A DNA stretch of 64,000 bases from Balanoglossus misakiensis (GCA_040954595.2 CM082585.2:944814-1008813); one strand, 5' to 3'; shown: positions 1 to 11,300, numbered from the stretch's first letter. Program-made: numbers and translations. Notes: a model not told the origin generated them from the letters alone.

Positions 1-424
1 CAGTCACGTACATCGAACTGTGTTGCTTGCACATATCTGTTTTAGATTGAAATCATTCTCGATTTTTGTATATGTAATTCTTTCGATTTGACATTTTGTA
101 TTTGTATTTATGTTTCAGTTTTTACGGTTTACGGTTTACTCGGCCTATACCATTCGGTCTTGGTCTATTCGAGACAAGGTCTATTACGGTCTTTTCGTAC
201 CACGGTTTATTCGGTCTATTCGAATCAGTCTCGGTCATTCTCGAGGTCTATTTGGCCTATTCGCATCGAGGTCTGCGCACATCTCGTCTTTCGACTATTG
301 TGTACAGTCTCGTACGGTCGCTTTCGGCGATCGCTCGATCGATTTATCGATAATAAACCGAAGACCCGTATATGGAAACTCGACTCTGACTTTTGAATAT
401 TACGGAAAAGCTTTGGCGGTCACA
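1..424 (+). repeat. 5' LTR (last 424 bp)
   Basis: Matches 7877-8300 with one mismatch seen (C14 vs T7890); ends ...GGTCACA. Confidence 0.97.
115..125 (+). promoter_or_regulatory. Candidate Initiator/TSS (TCAGTT, +1 = A117)
   Basis: Matches the Inr consensus TCAGTY and lies upstream of AATAAA (352-357), as expected for the U3/R boundary. Copy in the 3' LTR at 7991-8001. Confidence 0.55.
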
Positions 425-488
425 GTAAAAACTCGGGCGAAAGTAAAAACTCGGGCGAAAGTAAAAACTCGAGCGCGAGTAGGAACTC
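425..488 (+). promoter_or_regulatory. Non-canonical primer-binding region: 18-bp tandem repeat beginning GTAAAAACTC
   Basis: Abuts the LTR terminal CA, with no TGG. GTAAAAACTC at 425, 443 and 461; degenerate GTAGGAACTC at 479. Confidence 0.7.
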
Positions 489-1130
489 GGACCTTCGAAA
501 CAGAACTCGGAACGGACGTAAGTCTTTCAACGATTTTATTGCTGTTCGATTTGGAGGTAAAATTATCGTCCTACATCATTGTGTGTGACGTCATCGGTTC
601 ATCCGAAGACTCGTCGTCGAGGGCGCTGTTACATGGTTCAGCCAATATTCGCCTATTACCCTACTGTTGAATCAACCCATGAAGACTACAGACTGCAGAG
701 AAGAGTGAAGATGTTCAGCGACTGTTAACAGAAGCAGCAGATTGAACATTCTGGACACTCTCCTTCAGAATTAGGACAAAATATTGAACATTGACTTTGA
801 ACATTAATATTGAACTTTGAACTCTGAGCACATTTCCTCATTGTCATTTTGGCTTGTGTGCATGTGTGATTTGAACATTCAGTTTTATCAATGTCCCCAA
901 ATTGTGCACATTAGTGTCACTCGTATCAGCCTTTGCGATACAAAGAGTCTCCTTTGTTGAAACTCACAGTTTTGTATTTGTCAAAGTGTTTGAAATTTTT
1001 CACTGTCAGTACCCGGCATCAAATTGCTTGTGTAATTACTCCCTCGGGTTTAGATTTCCAAATTTGTATCTACACTGAATAGTCACAGTGATTGTTTCAG
1101 CTCTCTAGTTGTGTTCACCCAAGTTCAACT

Positions 1131-4100
1131 ATGGCCGAAAGGGACACACAGGAATCAGTGCCAACCGCTGATGATCAAGGTAAGCCTGATGAAACAGATC
1201 AAATTGTAACAAAAGCAGAGATTCATGAAACTGAAATGGATGAAAATGTGTATACATTACGCAGATCAGAACGAGTACCCAAGCTTACTGAGAAAGCTAG
1301 GGAAGGTAAGTTAATTGATTTGGAGAAGCAGTTCTGGCGTACTCACAATCGGTTGTTGTCATGTGTGAAAAACCCTGACATATTCGACAAAGAGTCTGTA
1401 GAAAACATATATACTATTTTGAAAGAAATAGAGCGCGAGCGCACTGTTTTGATTGAAATTCATGATCAGATACGCGCCGTGTCGGACACCCCCTTAGAGG
1501 ATGTATTGAAAGCCGTCGATCGTTTGAATTTGCGCGTGGATAGTGCCATCAATTATGCACAGCGACTGATTGCGCGAGCCGATGCTCATAGCTCGGTTTC
1601 ATTTGGATCCGTGCCTTCGCATCACACAAAGTCAAGCTCTAGGTCATCCAAACGATCCAGCTCTTCCAGTACGTCATCAGTACGGAGAAACGCTGCTGTC
1701 AGGGCAGCTGCCCTACAGGCGGAAATCGAGGCAAAACATGAAGAGACAGCACATGAAGAGGAATTGGAACACTTAGAGGCAGAAATACGTCGTAAGAAAA
1801 GAGTGTTAGAACGACAGAAATTAGTGGGAGAACTGCATGTGGAGAAAGCGAAGATAGCTGCTTGTGAAAGAGAAGAACTACTTGACAACCTGCCATTAAC
1901 AAAGACTGTGTTTCCACCGGTGACGAGCGAGTTACCTATCGTGAAGACCGAACCGATCAGCCAGTCGACACCAGCTGCTCACATTCCCACGCGTACTGTA
2001 AAAACAGAACCAGTCACCCCGCCGACTACCAAGCCGTCGACGTCGCAACCGAAACGACAAGATTATACACTACGTGCAACAGCAAATGAATATCGCCCAT
2101 CGGAGAACAGAGAGGACCTCAAGGTATTGACAGACGCCTTGGCAACATCTGTGTCCTTGAGCAGACTCGCTACACCCGAACCACCAATATTCATGGGAGA
2201 CCCACTTTCTTATCCAGATTGGATATCGTCTTTCATTACCTTAGTTGAATCACGAGGGGTCCCACCTATCGAAAGAATCCATCACCTGAAGAAGTATTTG
2301 GGTGGACCTGCTAAGGAAGCAGTCGCCGGATGCTTCTTACTCCGAAGTGAAGGAGCATACGAAGAGGCAAGAACCATTCTGGAAGAACGATACGGTAATT
2401 CTTTCGCCGTAACAGAGGCCTTTAGAGAAAAAATCGAAAGATGGCCGAGAATCCCCGGCAAGGACGGGAAGGCATTGCGAAAGTTCGCAGACTTCTTGAA
2501 ACAATGCCGGATTGCGATGAAGGATATCCCAGACCTCGCAGTGCTGAACGATATCCACGAAAATAGGAAAATGCTCCAGAAGTTACCGGACTGGCTCGTA
2601 AACAGATGGAGCAGGATCGTAGCAAAAATAAAAAAGGCTACGAACGCATACCCCCCATTCGAAAGATTTGTCTGCTTCATGATGGAGGAGGCAGATATTG
2701 CATGTGACCCATTGACCTCAATCGGCTCGCTGAGGTCACCAACGGACAGAGACCCGGAGAAAACTCCGACCAGCACCAGGAGGCGCACCCCAGGTGCACG
2801 TACGCTCTCGACCACAGCAAAACCAGGGGCGGTAAACCAGTCGTGTGTTTTCTGCAAAAAGACTGGGCACGCTATACAGGAATGTTATAGCTTTGCTTCC
2901 ACGCCTATGTCTGAAAGACAGGAATTTGTTCGAAAGGGCGGTTACTGCTTCGGATGTCTAAACACGGGGCACATCTCAAAAAACTGCAAATCCCGTGGCG
3001 TTTGTAAAAAATGCAGTAGGAAACATCCCACCAGTCTGCATTCCGACGAAAAAATTGTCCAGCCGAGGATGTTTAATTCGTCCATGAACGAAACCATGAG
3101 CACTGTTCAGTCTCCAGTGCGAGACCACAGAAAAGAAACCACACCTGAAACGAAGAAAGCAGACTGCTATGGTGTGACTTGCCCACGGGGAAAGTCTATT
3201 TCGTCGATGATCGTTCCAGTATGGATTTCTGGATACGAAGAACCGAACAGAGAGATTCTAGTGTACGCGCTGTTAGACACACAGTCAGATACTTCTTTCG
3301 TGTTGGATCATGTCGCTGAACAGCTACACACAGCATCTGAGCCAGCAAACCTTCGTATGACAACCATGACAACGAGCAACAAGGTTGTCGCCTGTCACAA
3401 GTATCGCAAACTCAGAGTTCGCGGATTTGACTGTGACAAAATAGTTCCGTTGCCCACTACGTATTCGCTTGATTACATACCAGTGGAAAAATCGCATATA
3501 CCCACTCGTGATATGGCCAATGGGTGGCCTCATCTTAGAGAAATCGCTACTCGTATTCATCCTCAACAGAAATGTGAAGTTGGTCTGTTGATAGGTTATG
3601 ATTGTCCCCAAGCCCTAGCACCTCGTAGCTGTGTCACAGGCAGTGGAAATCAGCCATTCGCAGTAGAGACAGACTTAGGATGGAGCATCGTCGGACATCT
3701 TACACATCGAGATGAAAGGGAAGATGTCTTCAGTTTTACCCATAGAGTACTTACAAAGGTGATACCAGACGGTCTACAACCAGGTGTAGACAGTCAGCAG
3801 AGACTTCGTATGGAAGAGTCTCATTCGTCGGCAGTTCGTTATGCCTTTAAGACCACAGCCAAGGAGCAAGTCCTCAACCCTTTGGACGTGGTGAGAATTC
3901 TCGAATCGGACTTCAACGAACAAAGAGTTGAAGAAACCGCCATGTCTCAGGACGACATTCGCTTTTTGAAGATCATGGAAAATGGTATTTCGAAAGAACC
4001 AGATGGATTCTATACAATGCCACTTCCATTCAGACAAGATAGACCAGCGCTCCCAAACAACAGATGTATAGCGCAGCAGAGACTTCAGTACTTGAAAAGG

Positions 4101-7100
4101 CGCTTCAAGTCAAACCCAAAGTATCTGAACGACTACAGAAACTTCATGGAAGACATTATCGCGTCAGGAGATGCGGAACTGGTCGACGACAAGAATACAC
4201 ATGATGGATCGATGTGGTATATTCCACACCATGGGGTGTATCACCCTAAAAAACCAGACAAAATTCGTGTCGTGTTCGATTGTAGTGCAAGGTTCAAGGG
4301 AACGAGCCTCAATGATCATTTGTTGCAGGGACCAGATCAGATAAATTCCCTCATCGGTGTACTTTGTCGTTTTCGCAAAGAGAACATCGCAGTCATGTGT
4401 GACATCGAGCGAATGTTCCACAGATTCAGAGTCAAGAAAGATGACAGAAACTATCTCCGATTCCTTTGGTGGAGAGATGGTAATGTCGACTCGGAACCAG
4501 TTACTTACAGGATGAATGTTCACCTATTCGGCGCTGTGTCCTCGCCAGGATGCGCGAACTACGGACTTCGACAAGTGGCCAAGGACAACCCACAACATGG
4601 AAAGAGTGCAGTAGATTTCGTCGCAAAGAATTTCTATGTTGATGATGGTCTCCATAGTCTCGAGACGGCATCAGAGGCTCTCCAACTTATACAGGATGTT
4701 CGCAACCTTTGCGCAGAAGGAAATTTACGTCTGCACAAGTTCATATCGAATGACAGAACTACGATGGAATCTGTCCCTATTTCAGAGCGTGCCAAGAACG
4801 TCAAGGATTTGGATTTGTCGTTCAGTGAGCTACCAATGGAAAGAGCACTTGGAATCGAGTGGCGCGTTGAGTCAGACTCGTTCCATTTTTCGCCTATCAT
4901 CAAGATGCACTCGCCTTCTCGCCGTGGAATACTTTCGGCAGTAGCATCTGTTTTCGATCCTCTCGGATTTCCCGCACCTTTCGTACTTCGAGGAAAACGG
5001 ATCTTGCAAGAGATGTGCAAGAAAGGAACCGATTGGGATGATCCCTTGCCAGACGATTTACGTCCGAGGTGGGAATCATGGCTTGCTGAGTTGCCCAAGC
5101 TAGACGACTTGAAGATAAGAAGGTGCTTCAAGCCGCAACATTTCGGACCAGTGAAGAAAGTTGAGCTTCACCACTTCTCGGATGCCAGCCTGACAGGTTA
5201 TGGGCAGTGTTCGTATATCAGACTAGTCGACAGTCTAGATAATATTCATTGTTCGCTCGTGATGGGAAAGGCTAGAGTCGCCCCTTTGAAACCCATTACT
5301 GTTCCTCGATTGGAACTTCAAGCTGCTGTTGTCTCTATACAGGTCAGCAATCTACTGAACAAAGAGTTAGATTACCCAGTGATGGAGAACTTCTACTGGA
5401 CAGACTCGAAAGTGGTACTCGGCTACATAGGAAATGATGCTCGCCGCTTCCACATATATGTCGCGAATCGCATACAAAGAATTAAAGAATCATCTCAGCC
5501 AGAGCAGTGGCGCTATGTCCACACTGAGGAGAACCCTGCAGATCATGCATCTCGTGGACTCGGCGTTGATGGACTGATGAAGTCCAATTGGTTTAGAGGT
5601 CCTGCCTTTTTGTGGGACAAAGAGCTTCCTCTGTCCACTCGGGTAGACGCACAGGTGTCAGCAGATGACCCCGAGGTAAAGAATACCAGAACATTGATGA
5701 CTTCCTCGACTGCAACGTCATCCATGTTACATCGTGTAGAGCGATTTTCGGATTGGAACAAGGTTGTAGGAGCATTCGCCACCTTGTATCGCTATGTATC
5801 CGGGAAGGGAAAGCGAAAGGAAATCGCTTCCGGAGAAACAAGACAGAAAGCTACCATGGCCATCGTGGCATGGGCCCAACAGGAAGCTTTCAAAGATGAA
5901 ATAGAGTCATTGAAATGTCGCACCTCAGAAGACAGTGAACCCTCAGTGGTGAAACGTAACAGTCACCTGTACCCATTGAACCCATACCTAGATGATCAGC
6001 AGATACTCAGAGTTGGAGGCAGACTGAGTAGATCCTCCATGCCTGACTATGTCAAGCACCCTATTATTCTACCTCGAAAGAGTCACGTGACTACACTGCT
6101 TATCAGATGGTGTCATGAGCAAGTGGCCCACCAGGGACGTGGTATCACAGTGAACAAACTCAGATCATGTGGATTCTGGATCATCAACTGCAACACAGCA
6201 GTCGCTTCGTATATACACAAGTGTGTTCAGTGTAGGAAACTCAGAGGCAAGGCCAACACACAGAGAATGGCAGATTTGCCCAAAGATCGTCTCGAGCCAT
6301 CGCCGCCATTTACCTATTGTGGAATGGACTGCTTTGGACCTTTCGTCGTGAAGGAACGCCGCAGTGATGTGAAACGATATGGTGTCATTTTCACTTGCCT
6401 AGCGCTTCGAGCCATACACATAGAGGTTGTCGAAGAAATGTCAACCGATGCATTTCTGAATTCACTTCGCACATTCATCGCTATCAGAGGACCCGTACGA
6501 CACTTGCGTTGTGATCAGGGAACCAATTTCGTAGGAGCCAGGAATGAGCTTCAGCTTGGATTGCAAGCTCTCGACGAAGGAAGAATCAAAGATGTGTTGT
6601 CCAAACGACAGTGTGAATTTGTTTTCAATTCACCCTCCTCGAGTCATATGGGAGGCGTTTGGGAACGTCAAATACGGTCGGTCAGAAACGTTCTCGCAGG
6701 AATTCTGGAAAAGATGGGATCCAGATTGAACACTTCGTCTCTTCGTACTCTGATGTACGAAGCAATGGCGATCGTGAATAGTCGACCCTTATCAGCAGAA
6801 AACTTGAACGACCCTACTGGACCGATGCCTCTTACTCCAAATCAGCTGCTGACTATGAAATCGGATGTGATTTTGCCACCGCCAGGCAACTTCGTCAGAG
6901 AAGATCTGTATGCCAGGAAACGATGGCGTGCTGTTCAGTATCTTGCGAACGAGTTCTGGACAAGATGGCGTAAGGAATATTTACAGAATCTACAGGCCAG
7001 ACAGAAGTGGCAGGAAACAAAGAGGAACCTTGAAGTTGGAGATATTGTACTTCTGAAGGAAGATGACACTGTGAGAAATCAGTGGAGACTTGCAAAAGTA

Positions 7101-7274
7101 ATAGACACTTTGCGCGATGATGATTGTTTGATCCGCAGAGTCACTATCCTTGTGGGTGATCCCAACCTCTCGAAACAAGGACAAGGTAAGAAAGTAGACA
7201 AGGCAACAATTTTAGAAAGGCCTATTCATAAGCTTGTTTTATTGGTAGAAAATCCCGAAGCAGAAAAATGCTAA
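1131..7274 (+). CDS. BEL/Pao gag-pol polyprotein (~2047 aa from first ATG)
   Basis: Uninterrupted ORF: three Cys/His knuckles (CVFCKKTGHAIQEC, CFGCLNTGHISKNC, CKKCSRKHPTSLH), protease ALLDTQSDTSF, RT (WYIPHHGV, KIRVVFDCS, FYVDD), Pao RNase H (LHHFSDAS, TVPRLELQAA, YWTDS), integrase (HHCC, GMDCFGP, CDQGTNF, GGVWERQI), and C-terminal FWTRWRKEYL. Confidence 0.97.
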   Translation: MAERDTQESVPTADDQGKPDETDQIVTKAEIHETEMDENVYTLRRSERVPKLTEKAREGKLIDLEKQFWRTHNRLLSCVKNPDIFDKESVENIYTILKEIERERTVLIEIHDQIRAVSDTPLEDVLKAVDRLNLRVDSAINYAQRLIARADAHSSVSFGSVPSHHTKSSSRSSKRSSSSSTSSVRRNAAVRAAALQAEIEAKHEETAHEEELEHLEAEIRRKKRVLERQKLVGELHVEKAKIAACEREELLDNLPLTKTVFPPVTSELPIVKTEPISQSTPAAHIPTRTVKTEPVTPPTTKPSTSQPKRQDYTLRATANEYRPSENREDLKVLTDALATSVSLSRLATPEPPIFMGDPLSYPDWISSFITLVESRGVPPIERIHHLKKYLGGPAKEAVAGCFLLRSEGAYEEARTILEERYGNSFAVTEAFREKIERWPRIPGKDGKALRKFADFLKQCRIAMKDIPDLAVLNDIHENRKMLQKLPDWLVNRWSRIVAKIKKATNAYPPFERFVCFMMEEADIACDPLTSIGSLRSPTDRDPEKTPTSTRRRTPGARTLSTTAKPGAVNQSCVFCKKTGHAIQECYSFASTPMSERQEFVRKGGYCFGCLNTGHISKNCKSRGVCKKCSRKHPTSLHSDEKIVQPRMFNSSMNETMSTVQSPVRDHRKETTPETKKADCYGVTCPRGKSISSMIVPVWISGYEEPNREILVYALLDTQSDTSFVLDHVAEQLHTASEPANLRMTTMTTSNKVVACHKYRKLRVRGFDCDKIVPLPTTYSLDYIPVEKSHIPTRDMANGWPHLREIATRIHPQQKCEVGLLIGYDCPQALAPRSCVTGSGNQPFAVETDLGWSIVGHLTHRDEREDVFSFTHRVLTKVIPDGLQPGVDSQQRLRMEESHSSAVRYAFKTTAKEQVLNPLDVVRILESDFNEQRVEETAMSQDDIRFLKIMENGISKEPDGFYTMPLPFRQDRPALPNNRCIAQQRLQYLKRRFKSNPKYLNDYRNFMEDIIASGDAELVDDKNTHDGSMWYIPHHGVYHPKKPDKIRVVFDCSARFKGTSLNDHLLQGPDQINSLIGVLCRFRKENIAVMCDIERMFHRFRVKKDDRNYLRFLWWRDGNVDSEPVTYRMNVHLFGAVSSPGCANYGLRQVAKDNPQHGKSAVDFVAKNFYVDDGLHSLETASEALQLIQDVRNLCAEGNLRLHKFISNDRTTMESVPISERAKNVKDLDLSFSELPMERALGIEWRVESDSFHFSPIIKMHSPSRRGILSAVASVFDPLGFPAPFVLRGKRILQEMCKKGTDWDDPLPDDLRPRWESWLAELPKLDDLKIRRCFKPQHFGPVKKVELHHFSDASLTGYGQCSYIRLVDSLDNIHCSLVMGKARVAPLKPITVPRLELQAAVVSIQVSNLLNKELDYPVMENFYWTDSKVVLGYIGNDARRFHIYVANRIQRIKESSQPEQWRYVHTEENPADHASRGLGVDGLMKSNWFRGPAFLWDKELPLSTRVDAQVSADDPEVKNTRTLMTSSTATSSMLHRVERFSDWNKVVGAFATLYRYVSGKGKRKEIASGETRQKATMAIVAWAQQEAFKDEIESLKCRTSEDSEPSVVKRNSHLYPLNPYLDDQQILRVGGRLSRSSMPDYVKHPIILPRKSHVTTLLIRWCHEQVAHQGRGITVNKLRSCGFWIINCNTAVASYIHKCVQCRKLRGKANTQRMADLPKDRLEPSPPFTYCGMDCFGPFVVKERRSDVKRYGVIFTCLALRAIHIEVVEEMSTDAFLNSLRTFIAIRGPVRHLRCDQGTNFVGARNELQLGLQALDEGRIKDVLSKRQCEFVFNSPSSSHMGGVWERQIRSVRNVLAGILEKMGSRLNTSSLRTLMYEAMAIVNSRPLSAENLNDPTGPMPLTPNQLLTMKSDVILPPPGNFVREDLYARKRWRAVQYLANEFWTRWRKEYLQNLQARQKWQETKRNLEVGDIVLLKEDDTVRNQWRLAKVIDTLRDDDCLIRRVTILVGDPNLSKQGQGKKVDKATILERPIHKLVLLVENPEAEKC

Positions 7275-7375
7275 GGTAAGTTGTTCTCAGCGACACAGGG
7301 GAGAGCTGAGAAATAGCTTGGACGTATTTGGTAGTTGTTTTCAGTGTTTCAATTAGGTAAAATCAATGTGATTTT

Positions 7376-7384
7376 AGGGGGGAG
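7376..7384 (+). promoter_or_regulatory. Polypurine tract
   Basis: AGGGGGGAG directly abutting the TG of the 3' LTR. Confidence 0.85.
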
Positions 7385-8300
7385 TGTGGCTGAAGCCATG
7401 CAAAAACAAAGGAATTTCGTATTTTTAATTATGAGGGATATGCACGAACAGTTTGTTGCTTTAAAAACCTTACTCCATAAAAATAGTTCCCTTTTTGTTA
7501 CGAGTTTCGATATTGTAGACTTTTAATTTTCACAGAGAAAGATGTTGTGACTTTATGTGTACCTTTGAAGGTCATTGTGAACACATCGACAAACCATATT
7601 TCGCCCAAAAGTTTTACAAGTAATCCATCTACGATTGTCATATCACTACACATTTTTACCTCGTGTTTTCGACTTCGCTATGGGACGGTGAAGTACACCC
7701 TCGTCTCTCGTTTCGCACCCTTCGATATTTCGTTCGTATTTCGAAACTTCCCGACCACAAGGCTTTACAAGTCGCCAGCGAGGTAATATATCTTTCGGTA
7801 TTCTTACAGATATGAATTGTATTTCGTGAAACTTTATTGTAATTAGACTTTGACGAGTTGTCTGCATCTTGTACATCAGTCACGTACATTGAACTGTGTT
7901 GCTTGCACATATCTGTTTTAGATTGAAATCATTCTCGATTTTTGTATATGTAATTCTTTCGATTTGACATTTTGTATTTGTATTTATGTTTCAGTTTTTA
8001 CGGTTTACGGTTTACTCGGCCTATACCATTCGGTCTTGGTCTATTCGAGACAAGGTCTATTACGGTCTTTTCGTACCACGGTTTATTCGGTCTATTCGAA
8101 TCAGTCTCGGTCATTCTCGAGGTCTATTTGGCCTATTCGCATCGAGGTCTGCGCACATCTCGTCTTTCGACTATTGTGTACAGTCTCGTACGGTCGCTTT
8201 CGGCGATCGCTCGATCGATTTATCGATAATAAACCGAAGACCCGTATATGGAAACTCGACTCTGACTTTTGAATATTACGGAAAAGCTTTGGCGGTCACA
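7385..8300 (+). repeat. 3' LTR (916 bp)
   Basis: TGTGGC...GTCACA termini; AATAAA at 8228-8233; identity to 1-424. Confidence 0.95.
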
Positions 8301-11300
8301 TGGACGAAATTTTGAGATTTTGCAAAGTCGAAAATGTGTCATTTTTTGATGATTTTCACCCGTTTTTTTTTCAAAATTTGTCATTTTTTCATGATTTTCA
8401 CCCATGATTTTTTTCAAAAATCGACGAAATTTTGAGATTTTGCAAAGTCGAAAATTTGTCATTTTTTGATGATTTTCACCCATGATTTTTTTCAAAAATC
8501 GACGTAATTTTGAGATTTTGCAAAGTCGGAAATGTGTCATTTTTTGATGATTTTCACCCATGTTTTTTTTTTAAAAATCGACGAACCTATGATTTTTTTC
8601 AAAATCGACGAAATTTTGTGATTTTGCAAAGTCGAAAATTTTGTCATTTTTTGATGATTTTCAACCATGATTTTTTTCAAAAATCGACGAAATTTTGAGA
8701 TTTTGCAAAGTCGAAAATTTTGTCATTTTTTGATGATTTTCAACCATGATTTTTTTTCAAAAATCGACGAAAATTTGAGATTTTGCAAAGTCGAAAATGT
8801 GTCATTTTTTGATGATTTTCACCCGTTTTTTTTTCAAAATTTGTCATTTTTTTCATGATTTTCACCCATGATTTTTTTCAAAAATCGACGAAATTTTGAG
8901 ATTTTGCAAAGTCGAAAATTTGTCATTTTTTGATGATTTTCACCCATGATTTTTTTCAAAAATCGACGAAATTTTGAGATTTTGCAAAGTCGAAAATGTG
9001 TCATTTTTTGATGATTTTCACCCATGTTTTTTTTTTAAAAATCGACGAACCTATGATTTTTTTCAAAATCGACGAAATTTTGTGATTTTGCAAAATCGAA
9101 AATTTTGTCATTTTTTGATGATTTTCAACCCTGATTTTTTTTCAAAAATCGACGAAATTTTGAGATTTTGCAAAATCGAAAATTTGTCATTTTTTGATGA
9201 TTTTCCCCCAGTGGTTTTTTTCAAAATCGACGAAATTTTGAGATTTTGCAAAGTCGAAAATTTGTCATTTTTTGATGATTTTCCCCCATGATTTTTTTTC
9301 AAAAATGGACGAAATTTTGAGATTTTGCAAAGACGAAAATTTGTCATTTTTTGATGATTTTCACCCATGATTTTTTTTCAAAAATCGACGAAATTTTGAG
9401 ATTTTGCAAAGTCGAAAATGTGTCATTTTTTGATGATTTTCACCCTTTTTTTTTCAAAATTTGTCATTTTTTGATGATTTTCACCCATGATTTTTTTTCA
9501 AAAATCGACGAAATTTTGAGATTTTGCAAAGTCGAAAATTTGTCATTTTTTGATGATTTTCACCCATGATTTTTTTCTAAAATCGACGAAATGTTGAGAT
9601 TTTGCAAAGTCGAAAATTTGTCATTTTTTGATGATTTTCACCCATGATTTTTTTCAAAAATCGACGAAATGTTGAGATTTTGCAAAGTCGAAAATTTTGT
9701 CATTTTTTGATGATTTTCAACCATGATTTTTTTTCAAAAATGGACGAAATCTTGAGATTTTGCAAAGTCGAAAATGTGTCATTTTTTGATGATTTTCACC
9801 CGTTTTTTTTTTTTTTTTTGTCATTTTTTCATGATTTTCACCCATGATTTTTTTAAAAAATCGACGAAATTTTGAGATTTTGCAAAGTCGAAAATTTGTC
9901 ATTTTTTGATGATTTTCACCCATGATTTTTTTCAAAAATCGACAAAATTTTGAGATTTTGCAAAGTCGAAAATTTGTCATTTTTTGATGATTTTCACCCA
10001 TGTTTTTTTTTTAAAAATCGACGAACCTATGATTTTTTTCAAAATCGACGAAATTTTGTGATTTTGCAAAGTCGAAAATTTTGTCATTTTTTGATGATTT
10101 TCAACCATGATTTTTTTTAAAAATTGACGAAATTTTGAGATTTTGCAAAGTCGAAAATTTGTCATTTTTTGATGATTTTCACCAATGTTGTTTTTAAAAA
10201 ATCGACGAACCCATGATTTTTTTCAAAATCGACGAAATTTTGAGATTTTGCAAAGTCGAAAATTTTGTCATTTTTTGATGATTTTCAACCATGATTTTTT
10301 TTCAAAAATCGACGAAATTTTGAGATTTTGCAAAGTCGAAAATTTGTCATTTTTTGATGATTTTCACCTATGATTTTTTTTCAAAAATCGACGAAATGTT
10401 GAGATTTTGCAAAGTCGAAAATTTGTCATTTTTTGATGATTTTCACCCATGATTTTTTTCAAAAATCGACGAAATTTTGAGATTTTGCAAAGTCGAAAAT
10501 TTGTCATTTTTTTATGATTTTCATCCATGATTTTTTTTTAAGAATTGACGAAATTTTGAGATTTTGCAAAGTCGAAAATTTGTCATTTTTTGATGATATT
10601 CACCAATGTTGTTTTTAAAAAATCGACGAACCCATGATTTTTTTCAAAATCGACGAAATTTTGAGATTTTGCAAAGTCGAAAATTTGTCATTTTTTGATG
10701 ATTTTCACCCATGATTTTTTTTCAAAAATGGACGAAATTTTGAGATTTTGCAAAGACGAAAATTTGTCATTTTTTGATGATTTTCACCCATGATTTTTTT
10801 AAAAATTGACGAAATTTTGAGATTTTGCAAAGTCAAAAATTTGTAATTTTTTGATGATTTTCAACAATTTTTTTAAAAAATCGACGAAAATTTGAGATTT
10901 TTCAGTCAAAAATTTGTCATTTTTTGATGATTTTCCCCCATGATTTTTTTCAAAATTGACGAAATTTTGAGTTTTTGCAGTCGAAAATTTGTCATTTTTT
11001 GATGATTTTCACCCGTTTTTTTTTCAAAAATCGACGAAATTTTGAGATTTTGCAGTCGAAAATTTGTCATTTTTTGATGATTTTCCCCATGATTTTTTTC
11101 AAAAATTGACGAAATTTTGAAATTTTGCAGTCGAAAATTTGTCATTTTTTGATCATTTTCCCCATGATTTTTTTCAAAAATCGACGAAATTTTGAGATTT
11201 TGCAAAGTCGAAAATTTGTCATTTTTTGATGATTTTCACCCTTGATTTTCTTCAAAAATCGACGAAATTTTGAGATTTTGCAAAGTCGAAAATTTATCAT

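Larger units (their letters stand above)
1..8300 (+). mobile_element. BEL/Pao (Belpaoviridae) LTR retrotransposon, apparently intact; 5' LTR truncated by window edge
   Basis: Two direct LTR copies offset by 7876 bp, a single long gag-pol ORF with PR-RT-RH-IN order, and a PPT before the 3' LTR. Confidence 0.97.

Noticed and set aside
88-670. 100-186-aa ORFs in the LTR/leader and copies at 7964-8315
   Set aside because: Mostly non-ATG starts, overlapping in all frames across repetitive LTR sequence, with no recognisable domain.
1570-7184. Antisense and alternate-frame ORFs over gag-pol
   Set aside because: Shadow ORFs of the long coding sequence.
7275-7384. env-like gene
   Set aside because: Only ~110 bp between the pol stop and the 3' LTR.
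8301-8312. TGG after an LTR as a tRNA PBS
   Set aside because: It follows the 3' LTR and is ordinary satellite (ATGGACGAAAT variant).
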